Shown in pieces: positions 35,613 to 48,368 of a stretch of 64,000 nt of DNA; position 1 is the first letter of the stretch; each line of letters starts with the position of its first letter. The notes beneath the pieces were generated by a model that saw only the letters and a program-made list of their open reading frames with translations, searched no databases and was not told where the DNA came from. A program made the position numbers and the translations under genes. The stretch is from Octopus sinensis (Eukaryota), in assembly GCF_006345805.1 (NCBI RefSeq), contig NC_042999.1, positions 57,102,001-57,166,000 of the forward strand, read 5' to 3'.

Positions 35613-36831
35613 TACATAGAAAAAAAAGGAGAGAAAAAAAATTGTGTGTAGGAGCTAACGATCTATCATATATATATATACACACACACAATGGGTCTCT
35701 TTTAGTTTGCATCTACCAAATCCATGAAGAAGGCTTTGGTCAGCCCAGGGCTATAGTAGAAGACCCTTGCCTAAGGTTCATCCAATGGGACTGAATCCAA
35801 AACAGTGTGGTTGGGAAGCAAACTTCTTACCACATACACATGTCTGTGTCTATGAAAAGGAAAATGAAACCTTGTAGAGGCTTGGAGAACGCATAAAGTA
35901 AGTAAGTGTAAATGTCTTAATTAATTCCAACCTGAATTTAACCTAGCCAGTTGTTTCTTTGAGTCACTTGCTGGTTTACCCATTATTATTAATTTTCTTT
36001 GTTTTAGGGATGATTTGAGAAGGAACATACAGAATGCACATGATTGTCTGAAAGATGGAAAGATTTGATTGATATAAAGAAATAATTAAAACAATAATTT
36101 TGGGGGAATGGTAAAACTTGAAACAAATAAAGCTATAAATGAAAGCATGTAAATATTTGGGCTAAAGCTCTTTGGATAGAAAAAGTTGAAAGTTTCCTGT
36201 GGGACTTGAGCTCACATCTTCTGTAAATATGACAGATGTTCTACTACTGGACCAAAGTAATTCCTTTAATTTCTCTACCCAAAGGGTTTTTAACCTCAAT
36301 GTTCATACTATTATTTATAGCTTTATTTTTGTCTCACCATTCCAAAAAGAAGAATTATTTTATGTTCTCTCAAAGTTTATAAATTCTTATGATGTCAGCA
36401 AAATCAAAGTAAATTTTGTTTCTAAGATAAGTACATGGTCTGAAATTTGTTGGGTAGAAGTTAGCTAATTATATTGGCCGCAGTACTCAAGCAGTGCTTT
36501 ATTTTACCAGCCCCACAAACAGATAAATGACAAAGATGACCTTGACAAGATTTGAACTCATAAAGTAAAGAATCAGAACAAATATCATAAGGTGTTTTGT
36601 TTGACACTCCACTGGGTCTGCTAGTCATCTGCCTGAAAAGGTGAAATCGTGATTTTTAAATGTCTGTGTGTGTTTATAACAGCAATAGAGAGCAGAGTAG
36701 AGAGAGAAAGAGAATGTCTAAGATAAAAAAAAGTGTGTGTTTGTGTGTATGTATGTGAGAGAGTGGGAGTAATTGAGGTGAAACTGAAAAGAGAAATAAA
36801 ATAACAGTGATGAGGTGTCTTCCACATTTAA

Positions 36832-37051
36832 CTCTTTTGTATTTAGGTTTCTTTGTCAAGTGTGATGCGTATTTATTCACGTTGTTTTGAATGAATTATG
36901 CATTATCTTGTAGCTTTGAGATTTCAATGGTGTGTTTGTATATATTTAGAATGATATTGTAAGGTTGGTGTGAAATGTTGAATCTGGTCATTTTAAACAT
37001 AAAACAGGTAGAATGTTTGAGCTGGATATAGCTGGATTAAATGCTAAAGGG
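36832..37051. mobile_element. TTAA-flanked MITE
   Basis: TTAA-CTCTTTTG ... GCTAAAGGG-TTAA; same family as 62996-63215. Confidence 0.75.
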
Positions 37052-37446
37052 TTAAAAACCATTTTATGGTAACACTTCTATGAGCTTTCTTTTCAGAATT
37101 CTTAAGTGCAAGTATGTCATTATCCATCCTACACACTTCTCTCTTACAACATCTCAATTTTTCCTTACACATTACTTAGCAACCCAGGACATCTTATGCC
37201 TCTGGCCCTCATACTGTAAAAACATTAGCGAACCTCTTATTTACTGCTTCTCCCTTTGCTAAAGACACTTGTTGCTTAGTTTCTTTTCTAGCTATTTGAT
37301 ATAATTCTTTACAGCCCCCATTTTTCCAATATTTCCAAGACTGTCTTTTCACTTTTATGACTCTGTTTACTCCAAAATTCCACCTCTACATCACCCTCAG
37401 ACTAACAGAAACTTTGCATGAGCCACAAATTTGATTTGAAGTCTTC

Positions 37447-37656
37447 ACTCTTTTACTTTTTTACTTGTTTCAGTCATTTGAATGCAGCCATGCTGGAGCA
37501 CCGCCTTTAGTCGAGCAATTCGACCCCAGGACTTATTCTTTGTAAGCCTAGTACTTATTCTATCGGTCTCTTTTGCCGAACCGCTAAGTGATGGGGACAT
37601 AACCAGACCAGCATCGGTTGTCAAGCAATGCTAGGGGGACAAAAACAGACACAGAA

Positions 37657-37699
<43 letters not shown>

Positions 37700-37902
37700 T
37701 ATATATATATATATATTATATATATATATATTATATATATATATATACATACATCAGGCCTCTTTCAGTTTCCGTCTACCAAATCCACTCACAAGGCTCT
37801 GGTCTGCACGAGGCTACAGTAGAAGACACTTGCAGTGGGACTGAACCCGGAACCATGTGGTTGGTAAGCAAGCTACTTACCACACAGCCACTCCTGCGCC
37901 TA
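37447..37902 (-). mobile_element. SINE family A, full length
   Basis: Matches the consensus on the reverse strand. Confidence 0.9.
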
Positions 37903-37974
37903 GTAGATTATTCCATAGGAACTTCCAGTTGTCCCCTTGTGTCACATGTCTAACCCCTTTTCTTTTTGTCAAAT

Positions 37975-39300
37975 ACTTCAACTTATACTTCTCTAAACAT
38001 CTGATTGGTCAATAGATCTTTAAGCTTCCATATCTTCCTTTTCCTGATTGGTTTGTTCTTCTTGCTCCATGTTAGAAGTCACTAATCTCTGTTGCATTGT
38101 ACTTTCTTCATCAGCTTACATTCACAAGCATCTCTCTGTCCTGTTTTCTGCTGAGAAGTAGGAAATCTGGCTTCTGTGACCACTAGATTGATAGTTGATC
38201 AGGTGACAGACTGGTAAGGGTAAAAATCCCCTTTAATCATTAATAAATGTAGAATGCACCTAGAAAGTTCCCCTCCTTCCCCTCCAGGGCACAAACCCAA
38301 ACAAGATTGTTTGTGGAAGACCAACAGTTACCCATGAATACCGGCCTCCCCTCTCCACACCACCAATGTTGTCCAAGGAAAAAGCAAAGGCGGATACAGC
38401 TTGGCACCTGTGACATCACAACTCATTTCTACAGCTGAGTGAACTGGAGCAATGTGAAATAAACACAATACACAGCCGGGTCCAAGAATCAAACTGACAA
38501 CCTCATGATTGTAAGCCCAATACTCTCCCCACTGAGCCATGCACTTTCACAACATGTGTGTGTGTGTGGGTGTGTACTTTAACTTGTATTTCTCCAAACA
38601 TCTGATTGTTCAGTGGATCTTTAAGCTTCCCTATCTTCCTTTTCCTGATTGGTTTGTTCTTCTTGCTCCATGTTAGAAGTCACTAATCTCTGTTGCATTG
38701 TACTTTCTTCATCAGCTTACATTCACAAGCATCTCTCTGTCCTGTTTTCTGCTGAGAAGTAGGAAATCTGGCTTCTGTGACCACTAGATTGATAGTTGAT
38801 CAGGTGACAGACTGGTAAGGGTAAAAATCCCCTTTAATCATTAATAAATGTAGGAATGCACCTAGAAAGTTCCCCTCCTTCCCCTCCAGGGCACAAACCC
38901 AAACAAGATTGTTTGTGGAAGACCAACAGTTACCCATGAATACCGGCCTCCCCTCTCCACACCACCAATGTTGTCCAAGGAAAAAGCAAAGGCGGATACA
39001 GCTTGGCACCTGTGACATCACAACTCATTTCTACAGCTGAGTGAACTGGAGCAATGTGAAATAAACACAATACACAGCCGGGTCCAAGAATCAAACTGAC
39101 AACCTCATGATTGTAAGCCCAATACTCTCCCCACTGAGCCATGCACTTTCACAACATGTGTGTGTGTGTGGGTGTGTACTTTAACTTGTATTTCTCCAAA
39201 CATCTGATTGTTCAGTGGATCTTTAAGCTTCCCTATCTTCCTTTTCCTGACTGGTTTGTATCTCTAAGTCCTTCTTGCGCTATGTTAGAAGTCACTAACC
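37975..39300. repeat. ~602-bp tandem duplication (about 2.2 units)
   Basis: CTTTAAGCTTCC occurs at 38018, 38619 and 39221. Identical ORFs at 38328-38540 and 38930-39142. Confidence 0.92.
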
Positions 39301-39322
39301 AAATATGTGTGTGTGTGTGTGT

Positions 39323-39357
<35 letters not shown>

Positions 39358-39910
39358 GTACACTCATACACGCATCTTAGATATAAACATGCATAAAAAA
39401 ATAGTTGCTGCAGATGAGTCACTTGGAGAGCATATCATATAGAGGTTATAAAGGGTGATTGGTGATGGCAGGACTGATGCAAGAGAAAATGGGGGAAGAA
39501 AATTACATGGGGTGTGCATCTCTATGGCCCAAACAAATTATTATTTATCATCAATGAAAATTTTACTTAACTTGAATAATTCCACATTTAAAATGTTGAA
39601 AGTAACATAACCATTCAACAACATAATTAGATAACAAAATATTACTACATGTGAAACTGCAAAAATACCATAATATTGGTCCCAGAAAGTTACAAAAGAG
39701 AACCAAGAGGGGATCAGCAATAAATGGTCAGTGGCATCTCATGTTTGAAGGAATAAGGGATCAGTGTTGATAATCAATCATTCTAAGACTGAATCGTGGC
39801 ATGGAATCATACTAGCTTTAATATAATATACCAATTCTCTGTCTTGCACAAACTATTATTATTAATGAGAATAATATATATAAATTAAAACAGATTGGGA
39901 GATCGAAAAT

Positions 39911-39953
39911 CCACCTGACGAATGTCTTTGAAGACATGAAACGATTGTAGTGG
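39911..39953 (+). ncRNA. Intact minimal type I hammerhead ribozyme
   Basis: CCAC-CTGACGA-ATGTCT-TTGA-AGACAT-GAAAC-GATT-GTA-GTGG. Canonical CUGANGA/GAAA core, 4-bp stem I, 6-bp stem II. Predicted cleavage after GUA at 39949. Confidence 0.8.
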
Positions 39954-40049
39954 CGGTTTATTTCTTTATATTAAAAATTTTTATGTATTGATTAAGTCTT
40001 TCCTTGTTTGTTTTGCAAAATAGTGGTTTTATCTCGAATTAATATTATA

Positions 40050-40081
<32 letters not shown>

Positions 40082-40083
<2 letters not shown>

Positions 40084-40465
40084 CTCTTTTTACTCTTTTA
40101 CTTGTTTCAGTTATGTGACTGTGGCCATGCTGGAGTATGGCCTTTAGTCGAACAAATCAACCCCAGGACTTACCCTTTGTAAGCCTAGTACTTATACTAT
40201 TGGTCTCTTTTGCCAAACTGCTAAATTACGAGGACATAAATACACCAGCATCGGTTGTCAAGCGATGTTGGTGGGGACAAACCCAGACACACAAACATAT
40301 ACACACACATATATATATATGTATATATATATATGTATATATATGTATATATATTATATATATAATATATATAATATATATATAATATATATAATATATA
40401 TATGTTATATATATGTATATATATATAATATATATGTATATATATATATATATATTATATATATA

Positions 40466-40532
<67 letters not shown>

Positions 40533-40807
40533 GTATATATATATATATATATTATATATATCTATATATATATATATATATATAATAGGTAAGAAAGTCG
40601 GTACGTGAAAGCACGTGGTTGAATATATAGAAAATTGTATTTTCAAATTCTTGCTGAACTCGAAACCGGTCTTTCTTCAAAAACTATGTCATTGTATGGA
40701 AAAAAATTTATAACATTCTTCAGACATAATGACTCAAATATATATTTTTTAACCTTCTAGAACAAGCCTTCTGTAGTTTTTTCACTTTTTACTATTTTCT
40801 ATATATA

Positions 40808-40848
<41 letters not shown>

Positions 40849-41015
40849 TATACGACGGGCTTCTTTCAGTTTCCGTCTACCAGAACCACTCACATGGCTT
40901 TGGTTGGCCTGAGGCTATAGTAGAAGACACTTGCCCAAGGTGCCACGCAGTGGGACTGAACCCAGAACCATGTGATTCGTAAGCAAGCTACATACCACAC
41001 AGCCACTTCTACACC
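40082..41015 (-). mobile_element. SINE A with expanded central (TA)n containing a foreign insert (40584-40800)
   Basis: 3' half at 40082-40300, 5' half at 40853-41015. Confidence 0.75.
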
Positions 41016-41443
41016 TATAAATATATATGTGTCTGTCTGTGTGTGTGTGTGAGCACATATATGTGTACACTGCAGAATTTCCCATTCGATAGTTGTACAG
41101 ATAACAATTGTAAGACATTTTGTTATTTACAAAACTACTTTCAAGCTTTATTAACACAAAAATATTTTCATTCATAGTTGCTGTCAATAAAACATGTCTG
41201 AAAAGCAGAAATGATTGAACCATTTCATTTTCTTTATAGCTTTTCTATTTTTAGTGACAAATGAGGGGAAAGTTAATTTTCAGATGGATAATAAATTTAC
41301 TAACAAACAGAAAATGTTGAATTAGAGTGATGTCTGAATTTTGAGATTCTATAATGAGATCTAGCAGAGAACAGCTTTTCTGTGTCACATAAAAGTAGTC
41401 ATGCTGTTGAGAACTTTTGCAAAAGCAAAGGGTGTTGCCATTA

Positions 41444-41656
41444 AGGCGGTGAACTGACAGAAACGTTAGCACGCCGGGCAAAATGCTTAGCGTTATTTTG
41501 TCTGCCATTACGTTCTGAGTTCAAATTCCGCCGAGGTCGACTTTGCCTTTCATCCTTATGGGGTCGATAAATTAAGTACCAGTTGCGTACTGGGATCGAT
41601 CTAATCGACTGGCCCCCTCCCCCAAAATTTCGGGCCTTGTGTCCAGAGTAGAAAAG
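41444..41656 (+). mobile_element. SINE family B, full length with 14-bp TSD
   Basis: TSD GGGTGTTGCCATTA at 41430-41443 and 41657-41670. B-box-like GAGTTCAAATTCC. Confidence 0.9.
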
Positions 41657-41968
41657 GGGTGTTGCCATTAGTATTAAAAAATATTTTGGTCATCTCCAGA
41701 ACCAGAGACTAAAAAACTCTTAGCAAATATGCTCACATATGGACTCCCTCTATCTAATGCTGGAGTTGATGAGGCTCTCTTTCCCTGACTCACATTCTAT
41801 CACATCTCCATATAAACTACTGTTTGTTAGTTCTTTACTGAGCCGCATTTTCCCAACAGATATTCATATTGGACACCAACTGCACTGACTATATCAGCTG
41901 GAACTCGTGTGTACCGTTGGCGATTTTTTTCCTCTGTCTTCCCTTCTCTGGATCTTTCCTTCTCCTAT

Positions 41969-42003
41969 GTTTCCAACAAAGAGCTCCGCTCAAAACATTA
42001 AAC
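41969..42003 (+). ncRNA. Degenerate minimal hammerhead motif in a Penelope-like terminal fragment (about 41740-42035)
   Basis: GTTT-CCAACAA-A-GAGC-TCC-GCTC-AAAACA-TT-AAAC: stems intact; the core differs from CCGACGA...GAAACG by four G>A changes at CpG sites. Confidence 0.4.
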
Positions 42004-42739
42004 CCTCCTTCTTCCCTTCTTTCCTGAGCGTCCAATAATATATATATATATATATATTATTGTCCCATTTTATATTTTTATATATATTTTTTATACACAT
42101 ATATATATACACACACACTTAAGTTATAATATATGGATTCAACTAATCTGGTAGTACTCATAAAAAAGCTCTTTAATGTATCATTCTGCAAAACATATAG
42201 AACATAGGATGATACAAGAGAAAACTTTAAAAAGTATATATTAAGAAAAAGAAGATAGTCAGGATTTCGAGAAAAACTATTTATTTAGCATTTTTGTCCC
42301 ATTTTAGGAAGTCATTATGAGTGTGTTGTTTTTTAGAAAATTCATACCTTTTATATATATATGAGTTAGCTGAAAAAAATGTTATTCTAAATCTATATAT
42401 GTATATATGTGTGTTAATACATAAGTGCATGTAAACATGTGTGTGGGTAATTTTTAGAGGCATGGTGAAAGAAAGAAAGAAAGAAAGAAAGAAAGAAAAA
42501 AGGGGGTGGGTTCTGGAATGGTTGAAATTGATGACAGGCCAAAACTGTCAAATTTTTGTCAATTGCATTAAATTTCTTTCAGACATTGTGAACTGGAAAA
42601 TTTTTGATCAGTTCTCATGTAGAAATTATAATCTGTCAAATTGCTTTTGAAGGATTTTAAATGTGTGTGTGTGTCTGTCTGTGTATTTAAGTGTATGTGT
42701 GTGTGTGTTTAAGTGTATGTGTGTTGTGTTTCTTTTAAT

Positions 42740-43111
42740 CTTTTACTCTTTTACTTGTTTCAGTCATTTGACTGTGGCCATGCTAGAGCACTGCCTTTAG
42801 TTGGGTAAATCAACCCCAGGACTTATTCTTTGTAAGCCTAGTACTTATTCTATCGGTCCCTTTTGCTGAACCGCTAAGTTATGGGGATGTAAACACACCA
42901 CTATCGGTTGTCAAGCGATGTTGGAGGGGACAAACACAGACACACACACACACATACATATATATATATGTGTGTATATATATATACATATATACGACAG
43001 GCTTCTTTCAGTTTCTGTTCACCAAATCCACTCACAAGGCTTTGGTCAGCCCGAGGCTATAGTAGAAGACACTTGCCCAAGGTGCCACACAGTAGGAATG
43101 AACCTGGAACT
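42740..43111 (-). mobile_element. SINE family A
   Basis: Matches the consensus; 5' end slightly truncated. Confidence 0.88.
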
Positions 43112-43510
43112 CCTGTGCCTGTGTGTTAATTGTTTAAGTGAAATTTTCCAGTTGTTTTAGTAACAGTAATGAGAACTTTATTAACAATAATATCCAGTGG
43201 TAATCTGGTTTGGTTCATCTAGGAAATTAATATTTTTAACAAGGATTACTCAAATATAATTTTTACATACACATTTAGCTTTGGTAAAATTTTGTTATAA
43301 AATGTAGTTAGTTCCATTGCCTTCTGGTATTTGGGGTCCTTCATGAGGCATCTGTAGAAAGGAAAGAACTTGAATCCCACATATTTCCAGGTGCATGCTC
43401 AGAAGAAACTTGCATTAATTTTTTTTGTCTGATGTATGTCTATAGATTCTTGCATGTTGGCACAGGAAACTGTTGATTTCACTAATATAATTCTCTTTGC
43501 ATTTGGGACA

Positions 43511-43540
<30 letters not shown>

Positions 43541-43541
<1 letters not shown>

Positions 43542-43765
43542 GCTAGTGGAAAATCACGAGAGACGAAAGAAGCTTCATTCTATCATAAAGGAAAGCAAAA
43601 AATTTGCTATTGATCTCGTGCAGGATACCCAAACTGAACAACCCGAGGGAAGTACGGCAACTATTGTTGCAAAGAAGGTGAAAATAATGGCAATGAAAAA
43701 AGCGCATGAGCAATTGGCCCTACGCTGAATAACAGGAGAAGCCACACTACACCGGGCTCCCCATT
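43541..43765 (+). mobile_element. R4/Dong-like LINE fragment (post-RT region)
   Basis: HERRKKLHSIIKESKKF...AKKVK...EQL..R then a frameshifted EKP.HG-like motif. Starts directly after (AAT)n at 43511-43538. Confidence 0.5.
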
Positions 43766-44287
43766 CAAAAACAAATCTAATCCACTAACATCGATGGAAT
43801 TAGATAAAGGAACATGTGGAAGACTTGAAGGAAACGGTCTTTTAACGAAAATAATAAAACAAAAAAGCGAAATTTTTTTGCCATACAAAACATAGATTCT
43901 CCTATGCACAATATCATAGTGAAACATGTGCGAAACACATGAGAAATCAACATCAGAAAGTTTACAAATTATAAAATAGAAAAGGAACAAAACAGTAAGT
44001 ACATAAATTGAGTAATTATGCATACACTCAAATATCTACACATTCATATATATATTTTGATACCCATAGGACTTCACATACATCTCATTATTTACACAAC
44101 TTCGTGAAATTTACAGGACACATATTTACACATATGAAAACACATGTCACAAACAAAACAAAAACAAAACATTTTTCTTCTTTCCTTTTATTTTTTGAAC
44201 TAACACAGACAGAGTGAACCATTCCTAAGTTTAAAACACCACAAAAAACTATGCTCAGAGATAAATCTATCAATAAAAAAAATACAA

Positions 44288-45826
44288 ATGAATACAGGTC
44301 TGTTAGCCTTAAGAAGCTACGTTATGAGCAATGTTTGTTTACATGCAGAGAACTCGGTGATGGTGTTGTCTCAAAAAATTGACCCTATACAGACAAATCC
44401 ATCCCCTAATGTTCCACGTACTCAAATGATGAACCAGATTCAATATGAAAAATCAGCTATGGGTTCAAATCTTCCCAATACACAGGAGCTGGAAGTACCC
44501 CACAACCGGAATATTCCAATAGATGGCCATCCTTGCTCATCATCAAATAAGCAAAAGAAAAAGATTGGAAAATGGTCTAGGGAAGATAATAAAGAAGTTC
44601 TTACAGCCTTCTGCCATGCCATATATTTCCCCACAAATAAATCTAATACTGTACAAACCTACTTAAACTGGAGACAGAAGCACCTTGAAGTAAGATCCTA
44701 TATAGACAATAACAAACTTGCCAACGTCATAAGAAACATTATAAAAAAAAAATTACAAACTGAAGTAGAGATTGACCAAATTAAACAAGCAGTAAGGGAT
44801 AAAAAGAACAAAGCTGCAGCTAAAGACGGTACTACAGAGGAAATAGTTATAGACCAGCCCAGGGCTGATGAAAATGCAATAATGATTGAAAGAGCTAATG
44901 TAAATAATAGGCAAAGTGAAATACTCTCTGAACCAAACATAAACACTAAGACAGATGAACACCAAATAGATGAAGAAAGTCACACAAATATTGACCCAAC
45001 AGAACTACATGAGCTAAAAAATCAAATCATGATTGAATGGCTGAAAATTAAAGAAGCAAGTATGGATGAACGTGAAATTCTTCTCTAAATTTGCAATTCT
45101 AACCAAAACCTGAAAATAATTGGTAAAATCCGCTTTGCACTTAAGGATATAATTTCAGCTAATGATGTTGATATTACAGATCTGAACCACCTGTACTATG
45201 CATCAGCAAAAATCTCAAAAATTCTATGTGGTGAAAAGATTATAAAATGACAACATTCCCATAAAAAGCATTCTTGGCAAGAGCGTAGTCAACACCAAAT
45301 TAATCTCTTATGGAAAGTATTAACAGGCATCCTCACAGGAAAAATATATACATTCCTTGCTGAAAAGGATTCAAGGATACCAAAAGCCACTAGATAAGAT
45401 TGTAATGAAGAACTGCAAACAGTACCAAAAACTTGTGTGTGGCCTGGAGAGACTTTTAAAAGGGTTACGATGTGTTGTTGCATTTGTGGACTTTGGAAAC
45501 ACTCGACATGTATGGAATAGCTGAGAACATGTGTGCATGGATAAAGAACAGCATGTCTAGTTTGGAAAATATGTCATTTCTGTAACAAACATAAAGGTTG
45601 TTCCAGTTGACATCAGAGCATGGGTTCAATACCACCTAACCTGAAGAAACATCTGGAAACTTTAGAAATACCTTACAATCTAGGTGCATTGCAAAAATGG
45701 CATTACTTGAAACTGCATGCACCTTGTGTAAAGTACTGTCTGTCTGAGGTCCTTATTGTGACTTGACAGACAGCACACACAATATCTTCAATCAACATCA
45801 GGATATTGGATACTGTGTGATGTCTT
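44288..45826 (+). mobile_element. Internally deleted R4/Dong-like (RLE) LINE
   Basis: N-terminal KWSREDNKEVL...NKLANVIRNII...EVEIDQIK, ITDLNHLYYASA, a short RT-region scrap (TLDMYGIAEN), and a C-terminal VPV..GALG...LKKHLETLEIP...LQK.ALL-like end. Followed by (AAT)n. Confidence 0.7.
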
Positions 45827-45845
45827 GAATAATAATAATAATAAC

Positions 45846-45889
<44 letters not shown>

Positions 45890-45895
45890 TAATAG

Positions 45896-46302
45896 TCTTA
45901 ATTGAGAAAAGAAACAAACTATACTGGATCATAGATATAGCATACCCAGCTGACAACAAGGTATGCGATAAGGAAGAAAGAAAAGTCGAGAGATATGACA
46001 GGTTAGCTTGGGAAGTTAAGCAGTTGTGGTCAATACAAAAGGTAGTAGTAGTACCAATAATTGTCGGAGCCCTGGGGACAGTGAGCAAAACTTTCAAGAA
46101 GTACGTGGAACAAATAGGGGCTGCAATAAGGGTGGAGTACTTGCAGAAAACAGCACTGCTTGGAACCACTCGAATACTCCGGAAGGTACTCGAAAAATAA
46201 TAGGTGTTACCTTAGTTCACTGGTAGTGAACAGCTGACACTGTAATACATCTCCAGCATTAGAAGCTGTACAAAGGCAACAATAATAATAATAATAATAA
46301 TT
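45896..46302 (+). mobile_element. 3' end of an R4/Dong-like LINE with RLE endonuclease motif
   Basis: VLIEKRNKLYWIIDIAYPADNKVCDKEERKVERYDRLAWEVKQLW...VVPIIVGALGTV...LQKTALLGTTRILRKVLEK* (45896-46200), then 3' UTR and (AAT)n tail. Confidence 0.85.
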
Positions 46303-46955
46303 ATATGAGATCACCATGTCGTGCACATAGGGTTGTGATGCATGTGCCTGGTGTACCCTTGTCAGACAGGTAGTCATGATGGGTATACTGGGCTTCATAT
46401 ATTTTACCCCAGTGTTACTTTGATGGCATGCACTGCTCTCTCACTCAATAATAATAATAATAATGAGGAGGAGGAGGAGGGGGAGGGAGGAGGATTTCCT
46501 TGGATTATGAAAACAGTAAATGTTGTGCCTTTAATAATTAATGCATTGGGAACTGTAAGCAAAGATAATTTTTGTTTTTTATATTTTGCCCAAATGGTTC
46601 AAAAGTTCACTTTATAACCCAATGTCCAGACTGATAGAATAAGTACTAGGCTTGCAAAGAATAAGTCCTGGGGTTGATTTGTTTGACTAAAGGTGGTGCT
46701 CCAGCATGCCCACAGTCAAATGACTGAAACAAATAAAAGAATAAAATAATAAAATGGTTGAAGGAGATTGGAATAGAATGCTCTGCAGAGCTTCAACAAA
46801 AAGTTTGCCTCTGTGAAACTGGAAAGATTATCAGGAGGGTTCTAAGCATTTGAAAGACTCTTGAAAGCTTGTGGATACCTATGGTTACAGGTAGTAACCC
46901 ACTACCAACATAAATCCCACAAAGAATAAGACTGAACCTGAGCCAAATCAATAAT

Positions 46956-47319
46956 AACAAGAGCACTCAGAGAGTGCAAACCTCTGCCAACGCAACACCA
47001 ATGTCCTCTCAATGATTAATTGGGGATGATTTTTAAAATGAGAATATCTGAAATAAAATCCTTAAATGAATATCGTGAGACCTTTTGGTCTTCCCTTCTC
47101 TTAAATTCTGGTTTTCTTTTAGTAATCCTGTTGTTTGAGATCGATGTATAGAATTATGTGTATATGTAAGTATACTGTAAAGTGTTAAAATGTATGTATA
47201 ATCTCCTAATATAAAAATGAGTGTTGTTGTTTTATATATTTGTGTATGTATATATTATCATCATTGTTTAACATCCACTTTTCACGCTAGCATGGGTGGA
47301 CGATTTGACTGAGGACTGG

Positions 47320-47384
<65 letters not shown>

Positions 47385-47802
47385 TATATACATATATATA
47401 TAAAATAGAGCTGGAGTGAGAGGTGAAGGGAGGAGATAAATGGCAAAGAGAGTGTCGTATGAATGAGAAAGGAAGGGATGATAGATGAATAATGAAGGAA
47501 GGAGTGGAAAAGCCAATAAATGACATTTGAAGTGTGAGTATATGTGTGTATGTGTATGCATGTACAAGAGAACTATGTGAAACTTTACACATACATGTAA
47601 AGAAAATGTAAAAAATAATCCAGAATCCTTGTCCAGAATCGGATTGATCCCAAAATCTAAACAGTTCGTGCCAGTTACAAGGCCAGTTATCTCTGAAAGT
47701 TTCATTCAAATCCATCCAGCGGTTCTTGAGATATTTTGTCTACAGACTAACAAACAAACATGACTGAAAACAATGCCTCCGCCTTCGCTAGGGCGGAGGT
47801 AA
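46956..47802 (+). mobile_element. Helentron-associated (HINE/DINE-like) non-autonomous element, interrupted
   Basis: 5' AACAAGAG...ACCTCTGCC sub-terminal repeat and 3' stem-loop CCTCCGCC-TTCGCTAG-GGCGGAGG-T. The interior holds an RTE tail and (TA)n. Confidence 0.45.
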
Positions 47803-48354
47803 TAATGATAATAATTAAAGGTTGACACCTAATCTTGTTCCTTTTGACATCTTGCATACTAGAAAGGATATATTTGATTAATAATTGAAATTGACATTAC
47901 TTGAATAAGGCAGTAAAAAGATGAAAAGATGGTTTCATTATGTCTAAATAAACAATGAAATGGTCGTGACTGCGATCCTTTTGATCACAGATCTTGTCAG
48001 TTAGGGTTAACCTGGGGTTTGACAACAACAACAACATCTGCTACAAGAAGAATAACAATAACAACATCAACTGTAAGAAGAATAACGATCAACTCTTCTT
48101 AAATGTCAACAATATATAATTCCGCAGTCTCTCACAACAGTTTCTGTCTTCACCGTCCCAACCGTAGAGTATTGGCTAAACTTTGCTTCCTTCTTGGAGA
48201 GGCAAATCCCTAAACACACATACCACAATTCCGATGACCTGACTCAATACCCCTTTTGTTGTGAATCTAATAATTAGGCTTGATTCCATTTTCTTCCTTT
48301 GTAAATGTGTAAGTTTGATTAGTTAGATTTTCAGAGCAAATAAAACTAACTGTC

Positions 48355-48368
48355 GTTACCATGGCAAT
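48355..48368. promoter_or_regulatory. RFX X-box-like palindrome GTTACCATGGCAAT in unique sequence
   Basis: 13 of 14 match to GTTNCCATGGNAAC. Flanking unique sequence is rich in TAATTA motifs. Confidence 0.25.

Noticed and set aside
40650-40690. CTCGAAACCGGTC, a hammerhead 3' half-like motif
   Set aside because: No matching CUGANGA with a paired stem could be placed on either side.
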